Below the pieces are notes generated by a model that ran no database searches, had not been told where the DNA came from, and saw only the letters and a program-made list of their open reading frames with translations. From positions 96,001 to 160,000 of the forward strand of contig JBGAGQ010000005.1 of the NCBI GenBank assembly GCA_044226625.1: a stretch of 64,000 nucleotides of DNA. Reading direction: 5' to 3'. Positions 1 to 9,072 of this stretch are shown here, piece after piece. The stretch's first letter is position 1; every line of letters begins with the position of its first letter. Position numbers and translations under genes: made by a program. Source of the DNA: Thermoanaerobaculia bacterium (GTDB taxonomy: Bacteria > Acidobacteriota > Thermoanaerobaculia > Multivoradales > UBA5704).

Positions 1-743
1 CGCTCTGGCGCATCGGCCGAGGCGACGAGCTCGGCGAGGCGATGGGCGGAGCCGCGGTCGCGGAAGAGCTCGGCAAGCTCGGCCGCATCCACCGCCAGGA
101 GCGGATCGTTCTCGGCGTTTTCGGGGTCACCGCCGCATTGTGGATCGCCGGCAAGCTCCTCACCGAGGCGCTCAAACCGCTGGTGACCGCGTTTACCCTC
201 ACCTCCGCGCACGTCGAGGGGGGCATCGCGATGCTCGCGGCGCTCGCCCTCTTCGTCTGGCGGAGCGAGGGGCACGCGGTGCTGAACGTCGAGGCGCTCA
301 AGAAGGTTCCGTGGGAGACGTTGCTGCTCCTGGGAGGCGGTTTTGCGATGGCGTCGGCGATCCAGGGCAGCGGGCTCTCGACGCAGGTGAGCGCGCAGCT
401 CCTCGGCCTCCGCACCTTCCCACCGTTCGTCCAGATCCTGCTCGCGAGCCTCGCCACGGTGGCGCTGTCGGCCATCGCCTCGAACACCGCCACGATCGCG
501 GTGATGCTCGTCGTCCTGCAGCAGGCGGTCGCGGCCCAGAACCTTCCGACGGTTCTCTTTGCGGCGACGATCGCCGCCTCCTGCGATTTCGCTCTGCCGG
601 CCGGAACGCCGCCGAATGCGATCGTCTTCGGCAGCGGCTACGTCACCATCCCGCGCATGGCGCGGACCGGCGTAGTCCTCGACCTGCTCGCCGCGTTTCT
701 CGCGGCCGGTTGGTGCTGGCTCGTGGTCGAGCGGGTGCTGTAA
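1..743 (+). CDS. SLC13/DASS family anion (di/tricarboxylate or sulfate) transporter, 5'-truncated by window edge
   Basis: Hydrophobic ORF with DASS motifs VPWETLLLLGGGFAMA, SNTAT and FALPAGTPPNAIVFGSG; reading frame is open upstream of 42. Confidence 0.85.
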   Translation, partial: LWRIGRGDELGEAMGGAAVAEELGKLGRIHRQERIVLGVFGVTAALWIAGKLLTEALKPLVTAFTLTSAHVEGGIAMLAALALFVWRSEGHAVLNVEALKKVPWETLLLLGGGFAMASAIQGSGLSTQVSAQLLGLRTFPPFVQILLASLATVALSAIASNTATIAVMLVVLQQAVAAQNLPTVLFAATIAASCDFALPAGTPPNAIVFGSGYVTIPRMARTGVVLDLLAAFLAAGWCWLVVERVL

Positions 744-749
744 CCGCCG

Positions 750-2345
750 CTATCGCACCGAGGTTTGGCGTGACGGCCGCGGTGGCCGCGGCGGCCGGGG
801 GGGAGGCACGGACGCTCCGGGGATGCGCCGGTAGATCGCGAGATATCGCCCGTCCTTCGAAATGAACCGCGCGACCTCTCGATAGGCCTTCGGGAACCAG
901 GGGCGATCGACGATCGGCCGGGTGCCTCCGCGCGGGTTGTAGGTGTGGAAGAGGACAAAGGTGGTGGGCTTCGCGAGGAACGCTCCGAGGCGGTCGTGGG
1001 CGAACGGGAGCGAGCGCGGAGTGACGAGACCGACGAGGTCCTGGACCGGCCGGTCGGCGGTATAGGCGAGGATGCCGATCTCCTCGTAGGCGACGTCCTC
1101 TTCGGGGCCCGAATGCGCGGCGAGCCATGCGCCAGCTTGGCGATAGGCGGGGAAGCGCCAATCGCCCTCGCCGGGGTTTCTGGCGTAGCGCTGATCTCCG
1201 AGAACCGAGCCGGCGAGCGGCAGCGCGAGGAGCGCCGAGACGAGGACCGCCGAGCTGAGCCGTGCCGGCGAAACGGCGACCCCTGGGTGCGTTTTCCCCG
1301 CGATCGTCCGGGCTGCCGCGCCGACGGCGAACGGGGCGGCGGCGAGCAGCGCCGCGAGAGGCGGCGCCGCGTACCAGACGAAGAACGGCACGCCGAGCAA
1401 GGGATAGAGGACCGCGAGCGCGGTGCCGTACGCGACGAGCAGGAAGCCGGGGCGGCCGCCGGCCCGAACGAGGAACGGAAGCCCCAACGCTCCGAGCGCC
1501 ACGAGCCCGAACGCGAAACGTCCCGCGGAGGAGAAGAGAAGCTCCAGCCCGCGGCTCCAGAAAGCCAGGCCGCTTTGCCAGCGCTCCGGATCGAGCGCGG
1601 CGTAGGCCCGCTTGGCGGCGAGGGTATTCGGGATCAGGGTGCCGAACCAGGCGCGGGCGGCGAGCGCCCCGGCGCCGATCACCAGGGCTGCTGTCAGCGA
1701 GTAGGCGAGCGCGCTCTTCCAGCGCTCCTCTCTCGGCGATCGTTCGCCTTCGGAGCCGTCTCGACCGAAGAGAGTCAGGAGCCCCAAGATCGCCGCTCCG
1801 ACGAGCGCGTCCGGTCGACAGAGGACGGCGGCGCCGGCCAAGAGCCCTGCCGGAACGGCGTGCCGCCGTTGGACGTACGCCGCGAGGAGCAGCAGGGCGA
1901 GCGCTACCGGCGGGCCCGAGCCCTGAGCGGCCCAGAGAACCGCCGAGGTCGCGAGCAGCACGCCCGCCCCGACCGCCTCGATGCGGCGATCCCGCCGGCT
2001 CGCTTCGACGATCAGGAGCGCGGTGATCGTTGCGATCGCCAGCGCATGGAGCCAGGTGCCGAGGAGATGGATCGGCAGGCCGGTCGCGCGGTGGGCGATC
2101 CCGAGCAGGAGCGCCACGCCCGGATCGGTGACGCCGAAGATCCGCTCGCCCGGATTGAAAACCAGCCCCCGGCCCGCCGCGAAATTCTGGGCGTAGCGGT
2201 AGGTGATGTACATGTCGTCCGTCGCACGCCCGGCGAGGCGGACGGCGAAACCGGCGAGCAGCGCGAGCGGAAGCGCCATGGCGAGCGTCGGGCCGAAAGG
2301 TCGGCGGGCCGGGGCGCTCGTTGAATCCTGGGGCGGGGTGGGCAC
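750..2345 (-). CDS. Polytopic membrane GT-C fold glycosyltransferase-like protein
   Basis: DDMYITYRYAQN..G.GLVFNPGER motif after the first TM, RPD motif, many TM helices, C-terminal IGILAY..D..GLV segment. Confidence 0.7.
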   Translation of the reverse strand: MPTPPQDSTSAPARRPFGPTLAMALPLALLAGFAVRLAGRATDDMYITYRYAQNFAAGRGLVFNPGERIFGVTDPGVALLLGIAHRATGLPIHLLGTWLHALAIATITALLIVEASRRDRRIEAVGAGVLLATSAVLWAAQGSGPPVALALLLLAAYVQRRHAVPAGLLAGAAVLCRPDALVGAAILGLLTLFGRDGSEGERSPREERWKSALAYSLTAALVIGAGALAARAWFGTLIPNTLAAKRAYAALDPERWQSGLAFWSRGLELLFSSAGRFAFGLVALGALGLPFLVRAGGRPGFLLVAYGTALAVLYPLLGVPFFVWYAAPPLAALLAAAPFAVGAAARTIAGKTHPGVAVSPARLSSAVLVSALLALPLAGSVLGDQRYARNPGEGDWRFPAYRQAGAWLAAHSGPEEDVAYEEIGILAYTADRPVQDLVGLVTPRSLPFAHDRLGAFLAKPTTFVLFHTYNPRGGTRPIVDRPWFPKAYREVARFISKDGRYLAIYRRIPGASVPPPRPPRPPRPSRQTSVR

Positions 2346-2464
2346 GCTAGGATTATCGACGATGGCCGAGGATCTCGGCCGTAGGAATCGATCGGGTTCC
2401 GGGTTTCAGCCGAGCGAGGCCACGACTTGGCCTCCACCCATCACGCACCTACGAGGAGGACGGT

Positions 2465-2875
2465 ATGAGCCATAGAAATCGTCGGTTCGCTGCATTCGGG
2501 CTGTTGGTCCTGGTGCTTGCCGCGATGGCGGTCCCCGCTTCCGCCGCCTATCGCGGCCGCTGGACGCTCCTGGGCGAGCGGAAGGTCTCCGACAAGCTCG
2601 ACCACGACACGATCCTGGTCACCGGCGCGCGCGGCCGGTTCGAGCACATCGCCCTCCGGGTCTTCGATCGCGCGGTTCAGTTCCACTCGGTGAAGGTCCA
2701 TTACGGCGACGGCTTCGTCCAGGAGGTCGAGCTGCGGAACGTCATCCCGGCCGACGGCTGGTCGCGGATCATCGACCTCGCCGGCGGGCGCCGGGTGATC
2801 CACTCGATCGAGTTCTGGTACGACGCGCAATCGCTCGGCGGCCAAGCGACGGTACGGGTGTTCGCCCAGCGTTGA
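2465..2875 (+). CDS. Small exported protein (DUF2541-like)
   Basis: GAGGAGG SD, signal peptide (A-S-A), W.LLGERKV...D.D.I and SR.IDL.G..R.I pattern. Confidence 0.6.
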   Translation: MSHRNRRFAAFGLLVLVLAAMAVPASAAYRGRWTLLGERKVSDKLDHDTILVTGARGRFEHIALRVFDRAVQFHSVKVHYGDGFVQEVELRNVIPADGWSRIIDLAGGRRVIHSIEFWYDAQSLGGQATVRVFAQR

Positions 2876-2986
2876 AGCTCGTTCGGTAGAGGGGCGGCGG
2901 GCGGCCTGTCCCGCGCCGCCCCGCCGCGCTCCGGCGCGTCCGCTAGTTCGTCCGGCCCGAGCGGCCTGATATCTTCGCGCGGTCCC

Positions 2987-4768
2987 ATGCGCCGCTCTCC
3001 CGCTCTACTTTGCGCCACCGTGCTGCTCCTCGGTCTGTCCTGGAGCTTGTACAAGGTCCACTTTCCGCCCGGACCGATCGGGGACGAGCCGGCGTACGTG
3101 ATGATGACCCAGAGCCTCTGGCACGATCACGACCTGGCCTACGACCATCGCGATCTCCTGCGCGGCTACCAGGCGTGGGACCAGGGGCCGAACGGCGTCA
3201 TCCTGTTCACCTCGGACGGCGGCAAGTCGATGTACTACGGCAAGCCGTACGTCTACTCGCTCGCGGCCGTGCCGTTCTACGCGCTGTTCGGCCTCCAGGG
3301 GCTCGTGGTCTTCAACATGGCGATGTTCCTCGCCATGCTCTGGGGGGCGGTCTGGTTCTGGCGGCGGCCGGAGCGGAGCGGTCAGGCGGGGATGGCGGGG
3401 TTGTTTCTCGGCGGCTTCTTCTTCGCTTCGGCGGCCTTCTGCTACGTCTTCTGGATGCAGCCCGAAGTTTTCAACATGGCCTGCCTGTTCTTTGCGCTGC
3501 TGATCTGGCTGCACCTGCGCGGCATCCCGAAGTGGACTTCGCGCCACCTGTTGCTGATGGGCTTCGCGGGGGCGCTGCTCGCGGCGGCGTACATCTCCAA
3601 GGAGCCGACGATCCTGCTCGGCGGGCCGATCGGTCTGGACCTGCTGCTACAAAAGCGATGGAAGGGCGTCGTCGCCCTTGCCGCTCCCGCCCTCCTCGGG
3701 CTCGCGGCGCTCATGGTCCTGCAGCACCACGAGACCGGCGCTTGGAGTCCGTACCGCGGCGTACAGCGCCGTTCGTTCGAATCCGAGTATCCGATCGAGA
3801 GCCGCAAAGACCTCTGGGCGCAATATCGCGGCACGAGCTTCGGCTCCTGGTCGGGACTCGGAGTCGAGACCACGCCGCGCATGTTCCTGCGCGACCTCGA
3901 GTATTTCCTCGTCGGTCGGCACACCGGTCTCCTGCCCTACTTCCCGTTCGCTCTGTTCGCGCTCGCGCTCTACGCGTTCGGGCCGAAGGACCGCTCGCGC
4001 CACCTGCTGCTGCTCGGGCTCGTCGGCTATTGCCTGGTGATCCTGATCCTCCGGCCGAACAACTACCACGGCGGCGCGGGCTTCGTCGGCAACCGATATT
4101 TCGCGAGCATCTATCCGGCGTTCGCCCTTCTGCCGATGGCGATCCGGTCGCGTAAGGGGCTGCTCCTCCCCTTCGCCGCCGCGGGCCTCTGGACCTCCGC
4201 GGTCGTCGCCGTGCCGCTGCTTCAGATCGCGCCGGAAGCGACGCTCCAGTCGCACGTGCGGCGCCCGTCGTTTCAAGCGCTGCCGCTCGAGCTGACGCTG
4301 CTCCAGAAGATTCCGGGCTATTTCCTCAAGGGGTGGACCGAGGCGGTCTGGGTGGTTCCGAAGGAGAACTTCCACGCGCAGGAGCCGAACCCGGATGGCG
4401 TATGGGTGCGCGGCGCATCACGATCCGAGGTCTTCCTGGTGGCGCCAAAGAAGATCTCGTCGGTGCGGATGCGCCTGCGCTCGATCTCGGATCAGAACGT
4501 GGTGACGCTCGAGAGCCCGGTGGATCGGGTGACCGTTCGGTTCGACAGCGAAGAGAAGCGCCGCGGCACACCGATCGAGCTCAAGCTGAAACCCGTCGCG
4601 CGCGACCTCGGTTTCTTTCCGGAAAGCGCTTCCGAAGGGAAGTCCGAGTACTTCTACTCGTTCACCCTCGACTGCTCGGACGGGGTGATGCCCGCGCGGC
4701 GCGAAGAGCACAACGACGACTACCGCTATCTCGGGGTGTTTCTCGATTTCGCCGGCGCGGGGAGCTGA
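2987..4768 (+). CDS. Membrane GT-C-like glycosyltransferase
   Basis: GDE..Y.MM..SL..D.DL motif after the N-terminal TM, about 10 TM helices, GG.GFVGNRYF motif, soluble C-terminal domain. Confidence 0.65.
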   Translation: MRRSPALLCATVLLLGLSWSLYKVHFPPGPIGDEPAYVMMTQSLWHDHDLAYDHRDLLRGYQAWDQGPNGVILFTSDGGKSMYYGKPYVYSLAAVPFYALFGLQGLVVFNMAMFLAMLWGAVWFWRRPERSGQAGMAGLFLGGFFFASAAFCYVFWMQPEVFNMACLFFALLIWLHLRGIPKWTSRHLLLMGFAGALLAAAYISKEPTILLGGPIGLDLLLQKRWKGVVALAAPALLGLAALMVLQHHETGAWSPYRGVQRRSFESEYPIESRKDLWAQYRGTSFGSWSGLGVETTPRMFLRDLEYFLVGRHTGLLPYFPFALFALALYAFGPKDRSRHLLLLGLVGYCLVILILRPNNYHGGAGFVGNRYFASIYPAFALLPMAIRSRKGLLLPFAAAGLWTSAVVAVPLLQIAPEATLQSHVRRPSFQALPLELTLLQKIPGYFLKGWTEAVWVVPKENFHAQEPNPDGVWVRGASRSEVFLVAPKKISSVRMRLRSISDQNVVTLESPVDRVTVRFDSEEKRRGTPIELKLKPVARDLGFFPESASEGKSEYFYSFTLDCSDGVMPARREEHNDDYRYLGVFLDFAGAGS

Positions 4769-4770
4769 CG

Positions 4771-5217
4771 ATGACGGACGCGCGATCTCCGGGCGCTTCC
4801 GCGCCTGATACAGACGTGGCCGCCGCGCTCGAACGGCTGCGCGCCGGAGTGCGTCAAAGGCGGGCGGAGCTCGCGACGCTCGGCGACGAGAGCGAGGCGA
4901 CCAAGCTCAAAGTGCTCGAGCTCAAGACGCTCGAGTGGGTCGAGGAGCCGCCTTTGTTTTCTCACCGGCCCGGCTTCGGCAAGCTGATTGTCCTGCTTCG
5001 GAAAGTGTTTTTCCACGCCTTCGTCAAGTGGTACGCGCGTCCCATGCTCCAGCGGCAGAACCGATTCAACCAGGTGGCGAGCCAGCTGATCCAAGAGCTG
5101 CTCGCGCAGCAGACCCGGCTGGCGGCGGAGATCGGCCGCCTGGAGCGCGAGCTTGCGACGACACGCGCCGCGGAGGCAGGGTCCGAAAACGCCAAAGCAA
5201 AAGAGCCAGGGAGCTAA
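4771..5217 (+). CDS. Hypothetical coiled-coil protein of glycosyltransferase clusters
   Basis: ATG 2 nt after the upstream stop; SHRP.FG..I...RK...WY..P...Q..FN motif followed by a coiled coil. The longer 4333 start overlaps the upstream gene. Confidence 0.6.
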   Translation: MTDARSPGASAPDTDVAAALERLRAGVRQRRAELATLGDESEATKLKVLELKTLEWVEEPPLFSHRPGFGKLIVLLRKVFFHAFVKWYARPMLQRQNRFNQVASQLIQELLAQQTRLAAEIGRLERELATTRAAEAGSENAKAKEPGS

Positions 5218-5223
5218 AGAGCT

Positions 5224-6273
5224 TTGGGGCTGCGCATCTGCGTCTGCGGGGTTCAGGTGCCGTTCGCCTATGGCGGCGCCGAGATCCTGGTCGCCTCGCT
5301 CGCCGAGGAGCTCAAGCGCCGGGGGCATACGGTCGACGTGGTTTCCCTGCCCTTTACCTGGAAGGATCGGGTCCAGCTGTTCAAGAGCTGCCTCGCCTGG
5401 CGGATGCTCGATCTATCGGAAGTCGACGGCCAGCGGATCGACCGCGTGATCGCGACGCGGTTCCCCTCCTACGTGGTCAAGCATCCGGACAAGGTGGTGT
5501 GGCTGGTTCATCAGCTCCGTCAGGCCTACGACCTGCGCGGCACGGGCTACAGCGATTTCACGACCGAAGGGCGCGGCGGCCGCGACGAGCGGGTGGTCGA
5601 GATGCTTCGCTCGATGGACGAGCGGACGCTCGGCGAGGCGCGCCGGGTCTATTCGATCTCCGACAACGTGGCGGCCCGGCTCGAGCGGTTCAACCGGATG
5701 AAGATCGAGACGCTCTATCCGCCACCGCGCCTGATCGACCGGCTCGCGCCGGGCGAGATGGGCGACTACGTGTTCACCGCCGGCCGGCTCAACCGGATCA
5801 AGCGCTTCGACCTCCTGATCCGGGCGATGAAACACACGAAAACCTCGGTCCGCTGTCGGATCGCGGGCACGGGCGAGGAGCGCGAGGCGCTTCAGAAGCT
5901 GATCTCCGATCTGGCGCTCGAAGATCGCGTCGAGCTGCTCGGCTGGATCGATGACGACCGGGCGGTCGAGCTCTATGCCGGCGCGCTCGCGGTTTTCTAT
6001 GCGCCGTACGACGAGGACTACGGTTACGTCACGGTCGAGGCGTGCCGGTCGGCCAAACCGGTGATCACGGTCGCGGACGCCGGCGGCGTGCTCGAGTGGG
6101 TCCAGGAAGGGAAGACCGGCTACGTCGTGGCGCCCGACGATCCGGCGGCGATCGGCGCGCGGCTCGACGCGCTTTACGCCGATCGCGAGCTCGCCCGGCG
6201 CCTGGGCGAGGCGGGGGCGGGGAAGGCGCGCGACGTCTCTTGGGATCGGGTGATCGACGGATTGCTCGGGTAG
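5224..6273 (+). CDS. Glycosyltransferase family 4
   Basis: GGAE N-terminal motif, GRL...KR, EDYGYVTVEA (Ex7E) motif. Confidence 0.9.
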   Translation: MGLRICVCGVQVPFAYGGAEILVASLAEELKRRGHTVDVVSLPFTWKDRVQLFKSCLAWRMLDLSEVDGQRIDRVIATRFPSYVVKHPDKVVWLVHQLRQAYDLRGTGYSDFTTEGRGGRDERVVEMLRSMDERTLGEARRVYSISDNVAARLERFNRMKIETLYPPPRLIDRLAPGEMGDYVFTAGRLNRIKRFDLLIRAMKHTKTSVRCRIAGTGEEREALQKLISDLALEDRVELLGWIDDDRAVELYAGALAVFYAPYDEDYGYVTVEACRSAKPVITVADAGGVLEWVQEGKTGYVVAPDDPAAIGARLDALYADRELARRLGEAGAGKARDVSWDRVIDGLLG

Positions 6274-6302
6274 CCGAGCCGTTTCGGAGTTCTCGCAGGG
6301 AT

Positions 6303-7679
6303 ATGACCGCCCTCCCTCGCGTCGCGATGATTTCGCCCCTGCCGCCGCTTTCGAGCGGGATCGCGGACTATTGCGTCGAGCTGCTGCCGCATCTCGCCGA
6401 GCGCTTCGACCTGGAGCTGTTCGGCGAGGAAGGCTCCCGGCTCGAATCTCCGGCGGGATCGAGCGTTCCGGTGTTTCCCGCGCGCGCTCTCCCGAGCCGG
6501 CGCGCCGAGCGCGGTTTCGACGCGGTGATCTACCAGCTGGGAAACAACGCCGATTTCCACTCCGGCGCCTACGCCGCGCTGCTCGAGATTCCGGGCATCG
6601 TGGTCCTGCACGAGGTCGTCCTCCACCACATGCTGCGCGAGATGACGCTCGCAAAAGGCGACGCCGCCTTGTATCTCGAGGAGATCCGCTACGCCGCGGG
6701 TCGAAGCGGCGAGCTCCTGGCGCGCGGCTCGCTCGAAACGGGGACGCTGCTCGATGCCTGGCGTTACCCGCTGTTCGAGCGCACGGTGGATGCGAGCCTC
6801 GGCGTCCTCGTCCACAGCGAGGGGGCGCGGCGAAGGATTCTCGCGAGCCGGCCCGAGGCGGCGGTCCTCCGCATCCCTTTTCCTTGGACCCCGCCTCCTC
6901 CGCTCCCTTCCCGCGAGGCGGTGCTCGCCCGCTTCGGTCTGCCGGCCGATGCGGTCGTGCTCGCTTCTTTCGGTTTCCTCACCCGGTCGAAGCGGCTGGA
7001 CGTGGCGCTCCGCGCCTTCTCGACCCTCGCCCGCGAGGAGCCGCGCGCGCATTTCCTCGCGGTGGGCGAGGTCTCGAAGGACTACGATCTCGGCGCTCTC
7101 GTGCCGGCCGACCTCGCGCCGCGGGTGCTCCCGCTCGGTCGGGTCGATTTCGAGACGTTTCATGCCGCGATGGCGGCGACCGACGTCGCGATCAATCTGC
7201 GCTATCCGAGCGGCGGCGAGACCTCGGCGACGCTGATGCGGCTGCTCGGCCTGGGGCGGGCCGTGATCGTGACCGACGGCGGGTCGTTCGACGAGATCCC
7301 CGACGGCGCCTGCGCCCGGGTGCCGCCGGACGAAGGGGAAGGGGAGTTGCTTCTCGAGCTCCTGCGCCGCCTGGTGGCGGACGAGGGCTTGCGGCTTTCG
7401 ATGGGCGAGAACGCCCGCCGGTTCGTCGAGGCGGAGCACCGTATCGAACGGGCGGCGGATGCTTACGCCGCCGCGGTCGAGGCGCTCCGCGCTAGGCCCG
7501 CTCCGCCCGCGGCCGTGCCGCCGCTCGCCCCCTACCCGCCTACGGAGGTCGGCAACGATCTGATCGCGGCGGTCGCCGCCGACTGGGTCGACCTCGGGGG
7601 AGGGGAGCGCGACGAGGAGACCTTGGCCGAGATCGCGCGCGAGCTCGCCGACCTCGGGTGGGTGGAGCGGCGACGTTAG
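6303..7679 (+). CDS. Glycosyltransferase family 4
   Basis: SPLPP..SGIADY, YQLGNN..H and INLRYPS.GETS motifs; ATG at 6303. Confidence 0.85.
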   Translation: MTALPRVAMISPLPPLSSGIADYCVELLPHLAERFDLELFGEEGSRLESPAGSSVPVFPARALPSRRAERGFDAVIYQLGNNADFHSGAYAALLEIPGIVVLHEVVLHHMLREMTLAKGDAALYLEEIRYAAGRSGELLARGSLETGTLLDAWRYPLFERTVDASLGVLVHSEGARRRILASRPEAAVLRIPFPWTPPPPLPSREAVLARFGLPADAVVLASFGFLTRSKRLDVALRAFSTLAREEPRAHFLAVGEVSKDYDLGALVPADLAPRVLPLGRVDFETFHAAMAATDVAINLRYPSGGETSATLMRLLGLGRAVIVTDGGSFDEIPDGACARVPPDEGEGELLLELLRRLVADEGLRLSMGENARRFVEAEHRIERAADAYAAAVEALRARPAPPAAVPPLAPYPPTEVGNDLIAAVAADWVDLGGGERDEETLAEIARELADLGWVERRR

Positions 7680-7733
7680 CCGGAATCGACGCGGCGGCCG
7701 GGAGGCGCGCGTCCGAGATAAGCTCCGCGCGCG

Positions 7734-9006
7734 ATGAAAAGGGGGAGATGGGCGCTCGTCGGCCTCGCGGCTCTCGCCGCCGTGGCCGGGCACGTCGGCT
7801 ACTGGTATTGGCCGCGCGAGCGGGCGAAGACGCCGGACGGAATGGACGTCCCCGCCCGCATGCTCCGCTCCGGCGCGTGGGACGCCTGCCTGTGGATCCC
7901 CTACCCGCATCAGAACCTCGGCGCGCTCGCCGAGGAGTTGGACGACGCGCAAAGCTATTTCGCGGCGGTCGCCCGCCTTTCGGGCTCAGCCGAGCCGTCG
8001 ATGCCGGCGTTCGGCCCTTTCGCCGTCCCGCCGGCTCGGGAGCTGGTCGCCTGTTCCGACCGGTCGAAGAAGCGGATGCGGATCTCCGCACGGGTCTATC
8101 CGGGGCTCTCGACGGTCGCGAAGCTCGCCGGCAAGGTCGCGGGCAACCCGTGGCTCGCGGGCGGCGCGGTCGAGGTCTCGGAGAATCCGGGCGGGCAACC
8201 CGTGGCTCGCGGGCGGCGCGGTCGAGGTCTCGGAGAATCCGGCGACGGTCGCGTGGGACGGCACGCTCTGGACCGTCGAAGTGGGCGAGCCGACGGAGAT
8301 TCCGAGCGAGGGCTGGGCTCCGGAGGCTCCGGTCCTGGGCGCGTTTCATCTGGCGCGCCCCGCGGAGAGCTTCCCGGCCGGGATCTATCGGCTCGGGCAC
8401 CGCGCCGACGCGATCGACCTCACCCTGGAAGGCTCGCGCTTCCCGGACAAGCCGCCTTTCGATCCCGCCTCGCTCTCCGATCGGCCGATCCTGCTGGTCG
8501 TCGCGGGCGAGGAGGGACCGGCCCCGGCGGCAGCGCTCGCGTTCTACGAAGGCAAGGGCTCTCTCGGCCTGCCGAGCGGAGTGTTGTTCCACCCGCCGAA
8601 GCGGGCGCGTTGGGATCTTCCCGGCGGGGGGATCGGCGGTCTGCTCGCGGATCGGCTGCCTCACGGCGAGAACGCGGGTTGGGAGATGGTGGCGCTCGAC
8701 GACAAGAGCCTGGAGCGCGGCGAGGCGCTCGCCCCGGCGATCTCCCGCGTCGCTTCGCCGGAAGGGGAGGACCGTCCCGGCGCGCGGGTGCGGATGGCGG
8801 TCTGGCTCGCCCCGGAACCGGCGCTCGTCGTGGTCGCGCGAATGCGCGCCGGACTCGAGAAGTTTCCTCTCGCTCTACCCAGGGACGTCCAGCCCTGGCG
8901 CGATTGGGAGACGGTGCTCACCCCCGTCGCCCGGTGCCAGCGAGCGGCGCTCTGGTCGGCCGCCGAGCCCGAGGCGTTCCGCGTTCGACTGTCCGGTTGC
9001 TCTTGA
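7734..9006 (+). pseudogene. Exported hypothetical protein frameshifted by a 52-bp tandem duplication
   Basis: ORF 7734.. and ORF 8281..9006 join into one frame (..VEVSENPATVAWDGTLWTVEVGEPTEI..) if one copy of the 8139-8242 duplication is removed. Confidence 0.75.
8139..8242. repeat. Perfect tandem duplication, 2 x 52 bp
   Basis: gcgggcaacccgtggctcgcgggcggcgcggtcgaggtctcggagaatccgg occurs at 8139-8190 and 8191-8242. Confidence 0.95.
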
Positions 9007-9072
9007 CCGAGTCGGCTGCGGCCGTTCCGGTTTAAAATCGGCTCTCCAAAACCGAGCAGCTCGAGCCACTTC

